A stretch of DNA of 64,000 nucleotides from Escherichia coli (GTDB taxonomy: Bacteria; Pseudomonadota; Gammaproteobacteria; Enterobacterales; Enterobacteriaceae). Position 1 is the stretch's first letter. Each line of letters begins with the position of its first letter. The DNA lies in the NCBI RefSeq assembly GCF_003334305.1, contig NZ_QOWS01000013.1, one strand, 5' to 3'. The notes under the pieces are model-generated. The model was given only the letters and a program-made list of their open reading frames with translations, was not told the DNA's origin and made no database searches. The translations under genes and the position numbers were made by a program. Positions 36,194-51,423 of this stretch are shown here, piece by piece.

Positions 36194-37044
36194 GGTTTAC
36201 GTTTTTCCAGCGTACGATGGCGTGACTGGACGTTTTTACCGCGCGAGCGGAAGTAGTCTGCCAGTTGCTCTGCAATATACACCGAACGGTGCTTTCCGCC
36301 GGTACAACCAATGGCGACCGTCAAGTAGCTACGGTTGTTGGTTTCCAGCATAGGTAACCATAGTTCAAGATAGCTTCGCGTCTGGTAGATAAAATTGTGT
36401 ACTTCTGTGTGGCGGTCGAGGAACGCGGCGACAGGTTTATCAAGACCTGTCATTGGACGCAGTTTCGGATCCCAGTGCGGGTTCGGCAAGAAGCGCACGT
36501 CAAAGACGTAATCTGCATCGATAGGGATACCGTGTTTGAAGCCGAAAGACTCAAAGACCATGGTCAGTTCGCGTTCACGTTTACCCAGCAGACGGGTACG
36601 CAGCATTTCAGCCAGCTCGTGAACGGACATTTCTGAGGTATCGACAATCAGATCCGCTCGCGAACGCAGAGGCTCCAGCAAATCGCTTTCTTTGTCGATA
36701 GCACTTTCCAGCGACAGGTTTTTGCTGGAAAGCGGATGCAGTCGGCGCGTGTCACTGTAACGACGAATTAAGGTATTACGGTCGGCATCCAGGAACAGTA
36801 GTTGCGGTGAGAAAGCGTCAGGCAGGTTACTCATCGCCTGTTCGAATATTTCTGGTGACTCCGGCATATTACGAACATCAATGCTGACGGCGGCAGAAAT
36901 CTCGCGATCGGCCAGAGTTCGAGCCAGATCGGGTAACAACACTACGGGAAGGTTATCCACGCAGTAAAAACCCATATCTTCCAGCGCACGCAGGGCGACA
37001 GATTTACCTGAACCTGAACGTCCGCTGACGATCATCAGTACCAT
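36190..37044 (-). CDS. rapZ: RNase adaptor protein RapZ
   Basis: 284-aa ORF with Walker A (GRSGSGKS); overlaps npr start by 4 bp; matches RapZ/YhbJ. Confidence 0.95.
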
Positions 37045-37089
37045 GTACTGTTTCTCCTCACAACGTCTAAAAGAGACATTACCGAATAA

Positions 37090-37581
37090 CTACGCTTCAT
37101 CCGGAGTACCTTCGGTATCCGTAATGATTTGATACAGCTCTTCATCGCTCTGGGCTGCGCGTAAACGGCGGCAGATGGTTTTGTCCGCCAGACGTTTCGC
37201 CACCAGCGACAGAGTATGCAGGTGCGTTTTAGTTTGGTCTGCCGGCACCAGCAGGGCAAAAAGTAAGTCCACCGGTTGGTTGTCGATGGCATCGAAAGCT
37301 ATAGGCGTTTCGAGCTGAACGAAAACGCCAACGGCGCGCAGAGTATCTTCTTCCAGTTTGCCATGCGGAATGGCAATACCATTGCCGATACCGGTACTGC
37401 CCATTTTTTCCCGCGTCAGGATAGCTTCAAAAACCACCTGAGGCGGCAGGCTAAGTTGTTTCGCCGCCAGCTCGCTGATGATTTCCAGGGCGCGTTTTTT
37501 GCTCTGACAGTGGACGCGGCTTCGCGTACATTCCCTGTTAAGAACACTGCTAAGCTGTAGAGTTGTATCATTATTTGTCAT
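37090..37581 (-). CDS. ptsN: Nitrogen-PTS enzyme IIA (PtsN)
   Basis: ORF-track ORF 37090..37605 trimmed to ATG 37581 (MTNNDTTLQL...), 163 aa; matches PtsN. Confidence 0.94.
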   Translation of the reverse strand: MTNNDTTLQLSSVLNRECTRSRVHCQSKKRALEIISELAAKQLSLPPQVVFEAILTREKMGSTGIGNGIAIPHGKLEEDTLRAVGVFVQLETPIAFDAIDNQPVDLLFALLVPADQTKTHLHTLSLVAKRLADKTICRRLRAAQSDEELYQIITDTEGTPDEA

Positions 37582-37698
37582 AATTTCACCTAAGAACCTG
37601 CCCACTCAAACAGTGGAACAGGCTCGGAGCATTAACCGTACAAATGGCCCGTTGTGCCGCACAACAGGCCGCCATGCACATGCTAATTGCCCGGACAA

Positions 37699-37986
37699 TT
37701 AGTGTTGTTTCAGTTTATCTTTATGTTTGGTCAACTGGCGTGCCAGCTTATCAATTAAGCCATCAATGGCAGCGTACATGTCCTGACCTTCCGCGCTGGC
37801 ATGAATTTCACCACCGTTTACATGCAGTGTTGCATCTGAGGTGTGGGTGACTTTCTCCACTTTCAGAACAACATAGACCTGGTTGATTCGGTCAAAATAT
37901 TGCTCAAGTTTGGCAAATTTGGCTGTAACAAATTCGCGCAGTGCCTCGGTGATCTCGACGTTATTTCCGGTAATGTTGAGCTGCAT
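37699..37986 (-). CDS. hpf: Ribosome hibernation promoting factor
   Basis: ORF-track ORF 37699..38070 trimmed to ATG 37986 (MQLNITGNNVEI...), 95 aa; matches Hpf. Confidence 0.94.
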   Translation of the reverse strand: MQLNITGNNVEITEALREFVTAKFAKLEQYFDRINQVYVVLKVEKVTHTSDATLHVNGGEIHASAEGQDMYAAIDGLIDKLARQLTKHKDKLKQH

Positions 37987-38008
37987 AGTGTCTTCCTTAT
38001 CGGTTGGG

Positions 38009-39442
38009 TCAAACGAGCTGTTTACGCTGGTTTGACGGCGGAATGGATAAAGACTCTCGGTACTTCGCAACAGTGCGGCGTGCCACCATGATACCTTGTT
38101 CCGACAGCAAAGAGGTTAACTTGCTGTCGCTCAACGGTTTCGCTGGGTTTTCCGCCGCGATTAATTTCTTCACCAGCGCACGAATCGCCGTGGAGGAAGC
38201 TTCGCCGCCGCCCTCGGTATTGACGTGACTGGAAAAGAAATACTTCAGTTCAAAAATGCCTCGTGGACTATGCAGGTATTTTTGCGTGGTCACGCGAGAT
38301 ATCGTCGATTCATGCATTTCGACAGCCTGGGCGATATCGGCCAGTACCATCGGTTTCATATATTCTTCGCCTTGCTCAAAGAAGGCTTGCTGCTGTTCAA
38401 CGATACAGCGACTCACGCGCAGTAGCGTATCGTTACGGCTTTCCAGACTCTTGATCAACCATTTGGCATCCTGCAGATTGCTGCGGATAAACTGGCTGTC
38501 ACCATCATTGCGAGCGTTATTGCACATCGAGGCGTAGTGCTGGTTGATTTGCAGACGCGGAATGCTGTCACTGTTGAGTTCTACTGTCCAGTGACCGTTA
38601 TGCTTACGCACCAGCACATCTGGAATGACATACTCAGGTTCGCCAGTCTGGATCGACTGCCCGGGGCGCGGATCGAGCGACTGGATCAGATTGACGGCTT
38701 CTTTCAGCACATCTTCTTTCAGACGCGTGACGCGCATTAAAGTGCGGAAGTCGTGATTGGCTAACAGATCGAGATGATCGCTAATGATCAATCTGGCCTC
38801 TTCCAGCCACGGCGTGGTTTTATCGAATTGGGAGAGTTGGATTAGCAGGCAGTCACGCAGATCTTTTGCCGCTACACCGACCGGATCAAACCGTTGGATC
38901 CGCTTAAGGACGGCTTCAACCTCGTCGATGTCGATCTCTTCATCGCCCATACTTTCGAGAATATCTTCCAGCGGGACAGTCAGATAACCGGTGTCATCAA
39001 CGGCATCGACGATAGAGGTAGCAATAGCGCGGTCAGTGTCGGAAAACGGTGTCAGCTCGACCTGCCACATCAGGTAATCCTGCAAGGTCTGCGTCGTTTC
39101 GCCCTGATAGACCGGCAGCTCATCGTCAATGTAGTCACCGCTGGTGCCGGATGGTGTACCAGCGGTGTAAATGGTGTCCCAACTGGCATCGAGCGGCAGC
39201 TCTTCCGGCATCTCTTTTTGTTCGAGCGCGTCGGCGGTGTCCAGCGTTTCACTGTCTTGCGTTTCGCGGGTGTCGATTTCTTCATGAGTGTCGATTTGCT
39301 CAAGCAGCGGATTACTCTCCAGCGCCTGCTGTAGCTCCTGCTGAAGTTCCAGCGTCGACAACTGCAACAGACGAATTGCCTGTTGGAGCTGTGGCGTCAT
39401 CGCCAGTTGTTGGCTAAGCCTGAGTTGCAAACCTTGCTTCAT
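38009..39442 (-). CDS. rpoN: RNA polymerase sigma-54 factor
   Basis: 477-aa ORF with Gln-rich N-terminus and C-terminal RpoN box; matches RpoN. Confidence 0.96.
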   Translation of the reverse strand: MKQGLQLRLSQQLAMTPQLQQAIRLLQLSTLELQQELQQALESNPLLEQIDTHEEIDTRETQDSETLDTADALEQKEMPEELPLDASWDTIYTAGTPSGTSGDYIDDELPVYQGETTQTLQDYLMWQVELTPFSDTDRAIATSIVDAVDDTGYLTVPLEDILESMGDEEIDIDEVEAVLKRIQRFDPVGVAAKDLRDCLLIQLSQFDKTTPWLEEARLIISDHLDLLANHDFRTLMRVTRLKEDVLKEAVNLIQSLDPRPGQSIQTGEPEYVIPDVLVRKHNGHWTVELNSDSIPRLQINQHYASMCNNARNDGDSQFIRSNLQDAKWLIKSLESRNDTLLRVSRCIVEQQQAFFEQGEEYMKPMVLADIAQAVEMHESTISRVTTQKYLHSPRGIFELKYFFSSHVNTEGGGEASSTAIRALVKKLIAAENPAKPLSDSKLTSLLSEQGIMVARRTVAKYRESLSIPPSNQRKQLV

Positions 39443-39489
39443 GTTCAGAATCGTACTCTCCTGCTAAAACGTCGTAAACTTCTACCCTA

Positions 39490-40215
39490 TCAGAGTCTGA
39501 AGTCTTCCCCAAGGTATACACGCTTAACGTGTTCGTCTTGTAAGATTTCTGTAGGCGTGCCGTGGGCGATCAAATGCCCCTGACTGACGATATAAGCGCG
39601 TTCACAAACCGCCAGTGTTTCACGCACGTTGTGGTCAGTGATCAGCACGCCCAGGCCGCTGTCGCGCAGGTGCTCAATGATGCGTTTAATGTCGATAACC
39701 GAGATCGGGTCAACACCGGCAAACGGTTCGTCGAGCAGAATAAATTTCGGATTCGCAGCCAGTGCGCGGGCAATTTCTACACGGCGACGTTCACCCCCGG
39801 AGAGTGACTGCCCCATGCTGTCACGCAGGTGCTCAATGTGAAACTCTTCCATCAGCTCGTTCGCGCGGTCTTCACGTTGTTCAGCAGACAAGTCGTCACG
39901 AATTTGCAGTACCGCCATCAGGTTATCGTAAACGCTGAGGCGACGGAAAATGGAGGCTTCCTGTGGCAGATAGCCGATACCGCGGCGCGCGCGTGCATGC
40001 AGAGGCAGCAGACTGATATCGTCATCATCAATAATGATGTTGCCCGCATCGCGCGGCACAATGCCTACAACCATATAGAAAGTGGTGGTCTTACCGGCAC
40101 CGTTTGGCCCCAGCAGACCGACAATTTCCCCGGAGTTGACGGTCAGGCTGACGTCTTCTACCACGCGACGGCCTTTATAGGCTTTTGCAAGGTTCTTTGC
40201 AGTTAATGTTGCCAT
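39490..40215 (-). CDS. lptB: LPS export ABC transporter ATPase LptB
   Basis: 241-aa ABC ATPase ([18 protein letters not shown]); matches LptB. Confidence 0.96.
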
Positions 40216-40221
40216 AACGAA

Positions 40222-40779
40222 TTAATTACCCTTCTTCTGTGCCGGGGTCTGGCCTTTGTTGTTTTTATCCTGCAGCTGCGACGGCACCAGAACGGTGGTT
40301 ACGCGCTTGCCTTTGTCGCTGAAAGCCTGCATTTTCTGCTCTTTTACCAGGTAAGTGATCTTATCGCCCTTAATGTTGCTATCGACCTGCTGCAGATAAG
40401 CATTACCCGTCAGAACGACAAAATCTTTTGCCAGTTCGTAGTGCATCTGGGAAGCGTGACCTTCAACGGGTTTACCGTTGTCCTGCATCTGGTAGAACGT
40501 TGCCGGTTTACCGTAGCCGTCAATCACTTCTTTACCTTGTTCGCCGCCCGGACGGGTAACGACCACTTTGTCGGCATTAATTTTGATGGTGCCCTGGGTG
40601 ACGATGACATTACCGGTAAAGGTAACCACGTTGCCTTGCATATCAAGAGATTGCTGGTCCGATTCAATGTGGATCGGCTGATCAGTGTCTCCGGTTACGG
40701 CAAATGCCGGAATGCTGGCGGCCAGAAGTGAGCTGGCAAGCACAAGATTAAGGCTGAGTTTGTTTGTTTTGAATTTCAT
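40222..40779 (-). CDS. lptA: Periplasmic LPS transport protein LptA
   Basis: ORF-track ORF 40222..40800 trimmed to ATG 40779 (MKFKTNKLSLNL...), 185 aa; start lies inside the lptC 3' end; matches LptA. Confidence 0.93.
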   Translation of the reverse strand: MKFKTNKLSLNLVLASSLLAASIPAFAVTGDTDQPIHIESDQQSLDMQGNVVTFTGNVIVTQGTIKINADKVVVTRPGGEQGKEVIDGYGKPATFYQMQDNGKPVEGHASQMHYELAKDFVVLTGNAYLQQVDSNIKGDKITYLVKEQKMQAFSDKGKRVTTVLVPSQLQDKNNKGQTPAQKKGN

Positions 40780-41323
40780 AGGATGTTCTAACCTTTTCAA
40801 TCAGCTCGGCGTTCTTGCTGCGTAAGTTGCCGCGCATTTTCAGACCGCTGGAGTTAAATGTTGTTCCGTATAACGTGACGAGGTCTTCAGAGGTAACATC
40901 CTGAGTCACCAGATTGATCTGCGCGTTATCCGTCGTGATTCTGCGAAGTTGAGAGTCTGGCACAAGTGCGTTGACTTCAACGTGTCCATATAAATAGAGC
41001 ATCCGGTCATTGGTCAGCTTGGCTTTATCTGCTTTTACGGACCATGTCGGGATTTTATCCTTATCAAACGTGGTAAGTACCGGCTGCGTAAACCACGAAA
41101 CGGCCTGATCGGAATAATATTCAACGTGTTGAGCAATCAATCGATAGCTTAGTGCCCCTTCTGGGTTATAGACGAGCGTGTCCGTATGCTCGCTTTTATA
41201 GGTGGGATCATTGTTGTTGACGACCACCTGGGCGGTATCGTCTTTTTCGGCCATATTAATGCCGATCATCACCAGAACCGCCAGTGATAGCACAATGATA
41301 ACCCAACGTCTGGCTTTACTCAT
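40748..41323 (-). CDS. lptC: LPS transport protein LptC
   Basis: 191-aa ORF with N-terminal TM anchor; matches LptC. Confidence 0.94.
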   Translation of the reverse strand: MSKARRWVIIVLSLAVLVMIGINMAEKDDTAQVVVNNNDPTYKSEHTDTLVYNPEGALSYRLIAQHVEYYSDQAVSWFTQPVLTTFDKDKIPTWSVKADKAKLTNDRMLYLYGHVEVNALVPDSQLRRITTDNAQINLVTQDVTSEDLVTLYGTTFNSSGLKMRGNLRSKNAELIEKVRTSYEIQNKQTQP

Positions 41324-41886
41324 ATCGATTGCCCTTTGGCTTCATCCAGTTTGCCCTGCGCCAGGAGTAATAAGTCGCAAACTTCGCGCACTGCGCCACG
41401 ACCGCCAGCAATGCGCGTCACGTAATCGGCGCGCGGGATCAACAGTGGATGCGCATCGGCCACGGCGACGCTTAAACCCACTTTTTCCATTACCGGCCAG
41501 TCGATGAGATCATCGCCGACATAAGCCACATTTTCCGGGGCAATCGCCAGTTTTTCCAGCAAATCGCTAAAGGCGATCAGTTTGTTTGACTGCCCCTGAT
41601 ACAAGTGAGTGATCCCCAATGTGGCACAACGATCTTCTACCAGTTTAGCCTTTCGCCCGGTAATGATAGCGACTTCAATATCAGAGGTGAGCGCACAACG
41701 AATGCCATAACCGTCACGAACATTGAACGCTTTCAGCTCTTCGCCGTTATTGCCCATATAAATCAGGCCATCTGACAGTACGCCATCAACGTCGAGGATC
41801 AGCAGACGAATGTTCTCTGCTTTTGCCATAACGTCGGCGCTGACAGGGCCGTAACAGGTCGCAAGCGACGCACCTGCTTTGCTCAT
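41320..41886 (-). CDS. kdsC: KDO-8-phosphate phosphatase
   Basis: 188-aa HAD-family ORF (ILDVDGVL); matches KdsC. Confidence 0.95.
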   Translation of the reverse strand: MSKAGASLATCYGPVSADVMAKAENIRLLILDVDGVLSDGLIYMGNNGEELKAFNVRDGYGIRCALTSDIEVAIITGRKAKLVEDRCATLGITHLYQGQSNKLIAFSDLLEKLAIAPENVAYVGDDLIDWPVMEKVGLSVAVADAHPLLIPRADYVTRIAGGRGAVREVCDLLLLAQGKLDEAKGQSI

Positions 41887-41906
41887 TGTTGTTTATCCTT
41901 GAATCT

Positions 41907-42893
41907 TTACACTACGCCTGCACGCAGTAAATCATGCATATGTAACACACCGAGTAAATGGTCGCCATCGGCAACCATCACGGAGGTGATATGGCGGGAC
42001 TGCATTAAGTTCAGTGCCTCAACGGCCAGAATGCCAGGGCGCACACGTATTCCCCCCGGCGTCATCACATCGGCAATACTTAACTGACGAACATCCACGC
42101 CCATATCGAAGACACGGCGTAAATCACCGTCGGTAAAGATGCCTTCAATCATCATATTGTCATCGCAAATGACAGTCATACCAAGATTTTTGCGGGTAAC
42201 TTCCAGCAATGCGTCACGCAGACTGGCCGTTTTCTTAACATGCGGGATCTCATCGCCCGTATGCATAATATCGTTTACGCGCAGCAGAAGTTTACGACCC
42301 AGTGCGCCGCCTGGGTGTGAGAGCGCAAAATCTTCAGCAGTAAAGCCGCGTGCTTTTAACAGCGCGACAGCGAGGGCATCGCCCATAACCAGCGTGGCGG
42401 TGGTGCTGCTGGTCGGTGCCAGCCCTAACGGACAGGCTTCTTTCGCTACTTTAACACACAGATGCACATCTGCGGCGCGCGCCATGCTGCTCTCCGGGCG
42501 ACCGGTGATGCAGATTAACGGTACGTGAAGACGCTTAAGCACTGGAATTAAGGCCGTGATTTCGCTGGATTCACCTGAGTTAGAGATAGCAATCACCACA
42601 TCCTGTGGGGTAACCATGCCTAAATCACCATGCGCGGCTTCACCAGGATGGACGAAAAATGAAGGTGTACCGGTGCTGGCAAACGTTGCCGCCATTTTGC
42701 GCCCGATGTGCCCCGATTTCCCCATCCCCATGACGACAACTTTCCCTTTACACCAGAACATCTTTTCACAAGCAAGCGTGAAATTCTGATTGATGTATTG
42801 ATCAAGCTCCGCCAGGCATTCACGTTCAATCGCCAGGACTTCTTTACCTGCTTGCTGAAAGTCAAAACCCGGTTGTAACTCTACGTGCGACAT
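41907..42893 (-). CDS. kdsD: D-arabinose-5-phosphate isomerase
   Basis: ORF-track ORF 41907..42914 trimmed to ATG 42893 (MSHVELQPGFDFQQ...), 328 aa, SIS plus CBS domains; matches KdsD. Confidence 0.94.
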   Translation of the reverse strand: MSHVELQPGFDFQQAGKEVLAIERECLAELDQYINQNFTLACEKMFWCKGKVVVMGMGKSGHIGRKMAATFASTGTPSFFVHPGEAAHGDLGMVTPQDVVIAISNSGESSEITALIPVLKRLHVPLICITGRPESSMARAADVHLCVKVAKEACPLGLAPTSSTTATLVMGDALAVALLKARGFTAEDFALSHPGGALGRKLLLRVNDIMHTGDEIPHVKKTASLRDALLEVTRKNLGMTVICDDNMMIEGIFTDGDLRRVFDMGVDVRQLSIADVMTPGGIRVRPGILAVEALNLMQSRHITSVMVADGDHLLGVLHMHDLLRAGVV

Positions 42894-42906
42894 AATGCGT
42901 TTCCAG

Positions 42907-43884
42907 TTATTCAACGAGTATTGGCGATAACCAGTACAACATCGCCAGCCATACGATAAATCCGCCAGTTAATAATACCCCTACACCACGGCCCGGTTGC
43001 GGGGAGCGCCGCCAGCACAGCAACGCAAAAATAATGCTCACCAGCAACATCACGCTGTAGTCACGACTGTACGCCAGTGGATCAATCTCTCCTGGCGTTA
43101 TCAGCGCGGGTAAACCCAACACGATGACAATATTAAAAATGTTTGCGCCAATGATATTTCCGACAGCAATGTCGTTTTCACCTTTGCGAACCCCCGCTAT
43201 TGCGGTTGCCAGTTCCGGCAGGCTGGTTCCGATAGCAATTGCCGTCAGACCCATCGTCAACTCGCTGATGGCAAAGTAATTCGCCAGCACCGTGGCGTTA
43301 TCAACCACCATCCGCGTGGCCACTGGCATGATGATAAGCGCAATGCCGAGCCATAAAAACGCGACGGGCAATCCGCCGTCACGCGGCAGCTCTGCAAGCT
43401 GCTCTCTGGTCAGGCTGTCAGTCCCCTGACGTTCAGCCTGACGTGCAAGTTTAACAATGAACAGCAGCCATAGCACAGCCAGAAAGAGGAGAAAGATACC
43501 ATCGCTTCGACTAAGTTGTCCGTCATAGAGTACGGAACCGGCCACCACGCTGACCAACAACATTAAGGGTAATTCACGGCGTAGAACATCAGAATGGACG
43601 GTAAAAGGACGAACCAGCGCAGCCAGACCGAGGATCAGCAATATATTGATAATGTTTGAGCCGAGGGCTGTACCAACGGCTAAATCGCGTTGTTCGTGCA
43701 GAGACGCGGCAAGCGAGACGATGATTTCTGGTAACGATGTACCAATACTGACCACCGTCATGCCGATGATCAGCGGCGGGATGCCAAAGGTTCGGCAAAG
43801 AATAGACGCGGCAAAAACCAGGCGGTCGGCACTGTAAACGACCAAAAGTAAACCAACAATTAACAGTGCCGTAGCTAAAAGCAT
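42907..43884 (-). CDS. yrbG: Ca2+/Na+ antiporter-family inner membrane protein YrbG
   Basis: 325-aa polytopic membrane ORF; matches YrbG. Confidence 0.93.
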   Translation of the reverse strand: MLLATALLIVGLLLVVYSADRLVFAASILCRTFGIPPLIIGMTVVSIGTSLPEIIVSLAASLHEQRDLAVGTALGSNIINILLILGLAALVRPFTVHSDVLRRELPLMLLVSVVAGSVLYDGQLSRSDGIFLLFLAVLWLLFIVKLARQAERQGTDSLTREQLAELPRDGGLPVAFLWLGIALIIMPVATRMVVDNATVLANYFAISELTMGLTAIAIGTSLPELATAIAGVRKGENDIAVGNIIGANIFNIVIVLGLPALITPGEIDPLAYSRDYSVMLLVSIIFALLCWRRSPQPGRGVGVLLTGGFIVWLAMLYWLSPILVE

Positions 43885-44093
43885 CTAACGTCCTTTCTTC
43901 AGGTATACTCGCCGGTCCGCTGAAGATTTTCAGAAAGCCGTAACGGATTCTTAATTTTGACTTTATGCGGCTAAAAAGTAAAACAAATGCCAGCTTTCGC
44001 TAACCACGGCGGGTAATATTCTGTAAATATGTTGGGTTCAAGGTTAAATTGAGCGCCATGCTTAGAAAATCAACGCAAGACGAAGGGTGAATT

Positions 44094-45693
<1,600 letters not shown>

Positions 45694-45697
45694 GTTC

Positions 45698-46249
45698 ATG
45701 CAAACGAAAAAAAATGAAATTTGGGTGGGTATCTTTTTATTAGCAGCACTGCTGGCGGCGCTGTTTGTTTGCCTGAAGGCGGCGAACGTGACGTCCATAC
45801 GTACTGAACCGACCTACACGCTTTATGCGACGTTCGATAACATTGGCGGCCTGAAAGCGCGCTCTCCGGTCAGTATTGGTGGCGTTGTTGTGGGTCGGGT
45901 GGCGGATATTACGCTGGACCCGAAAACCTATCTGCCGCGCGTAACGCTGGAAATTGAACAACGTTATAACCACATTCCAGATACCAGTTCGCTGAGCATT
46001 CGTACTTCCGGCCTGCTGGGGGAACAATATCTGGCATTAAACGTCGGTTTTGAAGACCCGGAACTGGGGACTGCTATCCTGAAGGATGGCGATACAATTC
46101 AGGACACTAAGTCTGCGATGGTGCTGGAAGATCTCATTGGTCAGTTCCTTTACGGTAGTAAAGGCGATGACAATAAGAATAGTGGCGATGCGCCAGCTGC
46201 TGCGCCAGGTAATAATGAAACCACTGAACCTGTGGGTACAACGAAATAA
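45698..46249 (+). CDS. mlaD: MCE-domain phospholipid-binding protein MlaD
   Basis: ORF-track ORF 45683..46249 trimmed to ATG 45698 (MQTKKNEIWVG...), 183 aa; matches MlaD. Confidence 0.94.
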   Translation: MQTKKNEIWVGIFLLAALLAALFVCLKAANVTSIRTEPTYTLYATFDNIGGLKARSPVSIGGVVVGRVADITLDPKTYLPRVTLEIEQRYNHIPDTSSLSIRTSGLLGEQYLALNVGFEDPELGTAILKDGDTIQDTKSAMVLEDLIGQFLYGSKGDDNKNSGDAPAAAPGNNETTEPVGTTK

Positions 46250-46902
<653 letters not shown>

Positions 46903-46903
<1 letters not shown>

Positions 46904-47196
46904 TGAGCGAGTCACTGAGCTGGATGCAGACGGGTGACACGCTGGCGTTATCCGGAGAGCTGGATCAGGACGTTCTGCTACCGCTTTGGGAAATGCGTGA
47001 GGAAGCGGTGAAGGGGATTACCTGCATCGATCTTAGCCGTGTGTCCCGCGTGGATACGGGTGGACTGGCACTGCTGCTCCATCTTATCGATCTGGCGAAA
47101 AAGCAGGGCAACAACGTGACGCTTCAGGGGGTAAACGACAAAGTGTATACCCTCGCGAAATTGTATAATTTGCCTGCTGATGTTCTGCCTCGTTAA
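46903..47196 (+). CDS. mlaB: STAS-domain protein MlaB
   Basis: ORF-track ORF 46807..47196 trimmed to ATG 46903 (MSESLSWMQTGD...), 97 aa; start overlaps mlaC stop (TAATG); matches MlaB. Confidence 0.92.
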
Positions 47197-47355
47197 ATTT
47201 TTTCAGGCCGGATATGGCGTTAACCGCCTGTCCGGCAAACCTGCCTGCAAGTCGAGCCTTGTCTGATTTATCAGCGAGGCTTTTTGCTTATTTATGCCAG
47301 CGCAACTTTGCTCTAAGATGTTTCGCTGGTTTATTAACTGATGATTGAAGATCCC

Positions 47356-47610
47356 ATGGAAAATAATGAAATTCAGAGCGTGTTGATGAACGCTCTCTCC
47401 CTCCAGGAAGTCCACGTTTCCGGCGATGGCAGCCACTTTCAGGTTATTGCCGTGGGTGAGTTGTTTGACGGCATGAGTCGGGTTAAAAAACAGCAGACGG
47501 TCTATGGCCCGCTGATGGAATATATTGCGGATAACCGCATTCATGCTGTGTCGATCAAAGCGTATACCCCTGCGGAGTGGGCGCGCGATCGCAAACTGAA
47601 CGGCTTTTGA
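47356..47610 (+). CDS. ibaG: BolA-family acid stress protein IbaG
   Basis: ORF-track ORF 47341..47610 trimmed to ATG 47356 ([13 protein letters not shown]...), 84 aa; matches IbaG/YrbA. Confidence 0.9.
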
Positions 47611-47664
47611 GCTATGGGCGATTCGCCGGTAGCGGATATGAATTGTTAACTGAGAACAAACTAA

Positions 47665-48924
<1,260 letters not shown>

Positions 48925-48971
48925 TCGTCTGAGAGCTGGCAGCCCCGTTCGCGGGGCTACCGCCAGACCAC

Positions 48972-49250
48972 TCATTTTTTCGGTTTAGTGTAGCTACGCA
49001 TCAACTGCGTTCTGTCGATAAACTCATGGGTCTGCGGATCATGGTAGCGTGATGGCCAGATAACCCAGGGGTCAGTTCCCAGGGCTTTCGCAATAATCAT
49101 CTCTCCTTTCGGCCATGGGCGCGATAATGCGTTTGCCAGCGTTGAGGAACTCAAACCATTTCTGCGAGACTCCGCCGCCATTGACGTTCCCTTCTTGCGC
49201 AAACCCGCAATGATGTCAGCGGGATGCCAGTCAATGAAATTACTTTCCAT
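48972..49250 (-). CDS. sfsB: Ner-like DNA-binding protein SfsB (Nlp)
   Basis: 92-aa ORF; matches SfsB. Confidence 0.93.
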   Translation of the reverse strand: MESNFIDWHPADIIAGLRKKGTSMAAESRRNGLSSSTLANALSRPWPKGEMIIAKALGTDPWVIWPSRYHDPQTHEFIDRTQLMRSYTKPKK

Positions 49251-49477
49251 CTTTCCTCACTCCTTAAGTTAGTCGCTTTCATTCAGAACACTTCTTCTGT
49301 CGGGCATCACTATACTCCTGATGGCCTATTGATCTAAAAAGTTCCTGTAAAGAGTGTGAATATTCAGAATATATAAAGATTCATCGCCCTTTTTTTCAGG
49401 TGTTATAGCGCTGAATTAGTGTTTTTATGGAATTTACTGGAATCATCCCGCGCACTGCGCGGGATGAAGGGAGGGGA

Positions 49478-50449
49478 TTAACGATCGCGTTGAACAGCGA
49501 TGTGCGCGAGGCCGATGAGTGCTTCTCGCCAAGGGGTGTCCGGGAGCACCTGTAATGCTGCGATGGCTTTGTCTGCTTCTTCCTCGGCACGCTGACGCGT
49601 CCATTCAAGAGATCCACAAGCGTTCATTGCTTCCAGAACCGGTTCCAGAAGATGGCGACCGTTACCCTGTTCGATGGCGGTACGGATCATCTGTGCCTGT
49701 TCTGGTGTGCCATGATGCATCGCATGCAGCAGCGGCAGCGTCGGTTTACCTTCGTTCAGATCGTCGCCGACATTTTTACCTAACTGTTCGCCATCGGCAT
49801 TGTAATCGAGTAAATCGTCGATCAACTGGAAAGCAGTGCCGAGATAGCGCCCATAATCCTGCAGGCCTTTCTCCTCTTCCGGCGTACAGCCAGCCAGAAT
49901 CCCGGAACACTGCGCGGCAGCCTCAAACAGACGCGCGGTTTTGCTATAGATAACGCGCATGTAGTTTTCTTCAATGATGTCCGGATCGTTAACGTTCATC
50001 AGTTGCAGAACTTCACCTTCTGCGATGACGTTTACGGCTTCTGACATGACTTCCAGCACTTTGAGCGAACCGAGGCTGGTCATCATCTGGAACGCGCGGG
50101 TATAAATAAAATCGCCTACCAGCACGCTGGCGGCATTGCCAAATGCAGCGTTGGCGGTAGCTTTACCCCTGCGCATATCTGATTCATCCACAACGTCGTC
50201 GTGCAGCAGAGTCGCCGTGTGGATAAACTCGATCAGGGCAGCAATGGTGACATGCGCATTTCCCTCATAGCCAACAGCTCGTGCAGCCAGTACAGCAATC
50301 ATCGGACGAATACGTTTACCGCCGCCGCTGACGATGTAATAGCCTAACTGATTGATCAGCTGGACGTCGGAATTAAGCTGCTCAAGGATTGCCGCATTAA
50401 CACCCGCCATATCTTGCGCGGTTAACTCATTGATTTTTTCTAAATTCAT
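49478..50449 (-). CDS. ispB: Octaprenyl diphosphate synthase
   Basis: 323-aa ORF with polyprenyl synthase DDxxD motifs (LLHDDVVDESD, QLIDDLLDY); matches IspB. Confidence 0.95.
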   Translation of the reverse strand: MNLEKINELTAQDMAGVNAAILEQLNSDVQLINQLGYYIVSGGGKRIRPMIAVLAARAVGYEGNAHVTIAALIEFIHTATLLHDDVVDESDMRRGKATANAAFGNAASVLVGDFIYTRAFQMMTSLGSLKVLEVMSEAVNVIAEGEVLQLMNVNDPDIIEENYMRVIYSKTARLFEAAAQCSGILAGCTPEEEKGLQDYGRYLGTAFQLIDDLLDYNADGEQLGKNVGDDLNEGKPTLPLLHAMHHGTPEQAQMIRTAIEQGNGRHLLEPVLEAMNACGSLEWTRQRAEEEADKAIAALQVLPDTPWREALIGLAHIAVQRDR

Positions 50450-50606
50450 CGCAAAAGCCGGGCTTTTCGCCCCGATTACCTTACTGTGAACAAAGGCAAC
50501 TTAGGGTTTATGGTTAGGAATATAGAGTGATTGTACTGAAAAAATGGCACAGATAAACGTTACCGTACAAGTTGTGTTTTTTTTCTTCGTGTATTGACTG
50601 TAGCAC

Positions 50607-50635
50607 TTGTCAAAGGCGTGCGTTTTGCGTAATAT
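50607..50635 (+). promoter_or_regulatory. Candidate sigma-70 promoter of rplU-rpmA
   Basis: TTGTCA (50607-50612), 17-nt spacer, TAATAT (50630-50635), ~70 nt upstream of the rplU ATG; hexamer match only. Confidence 0.35.
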
Positions 50636-50671
50636 TCGCGCCCTATTGTGAATATTTATAGCGCACTCTGA

Positions 50672-51297
<626 letters not shown>

Positions 51298-51323
51298 GTT
51301 TTTCGCGTCCCGGTAACGGATGA

Positions 51324-51352
51324 AAGCCCCGCAACACGTTGCGGGGCTTTTT
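51324..51352 (+). terminator. Rho-independent terminator after rpmA
   Basis: AGCCCCGCAA-cacg-TTGCGGGGCT followed by TTTT. Confidence 0.8.
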
Positions 51353-51423
51353 ACATTCGATAACCGGTAAAAATGCGCATGGTGCGACGTTAATCCGCAA
51401 ATGCGCTTTGCAGGGAATACGGT

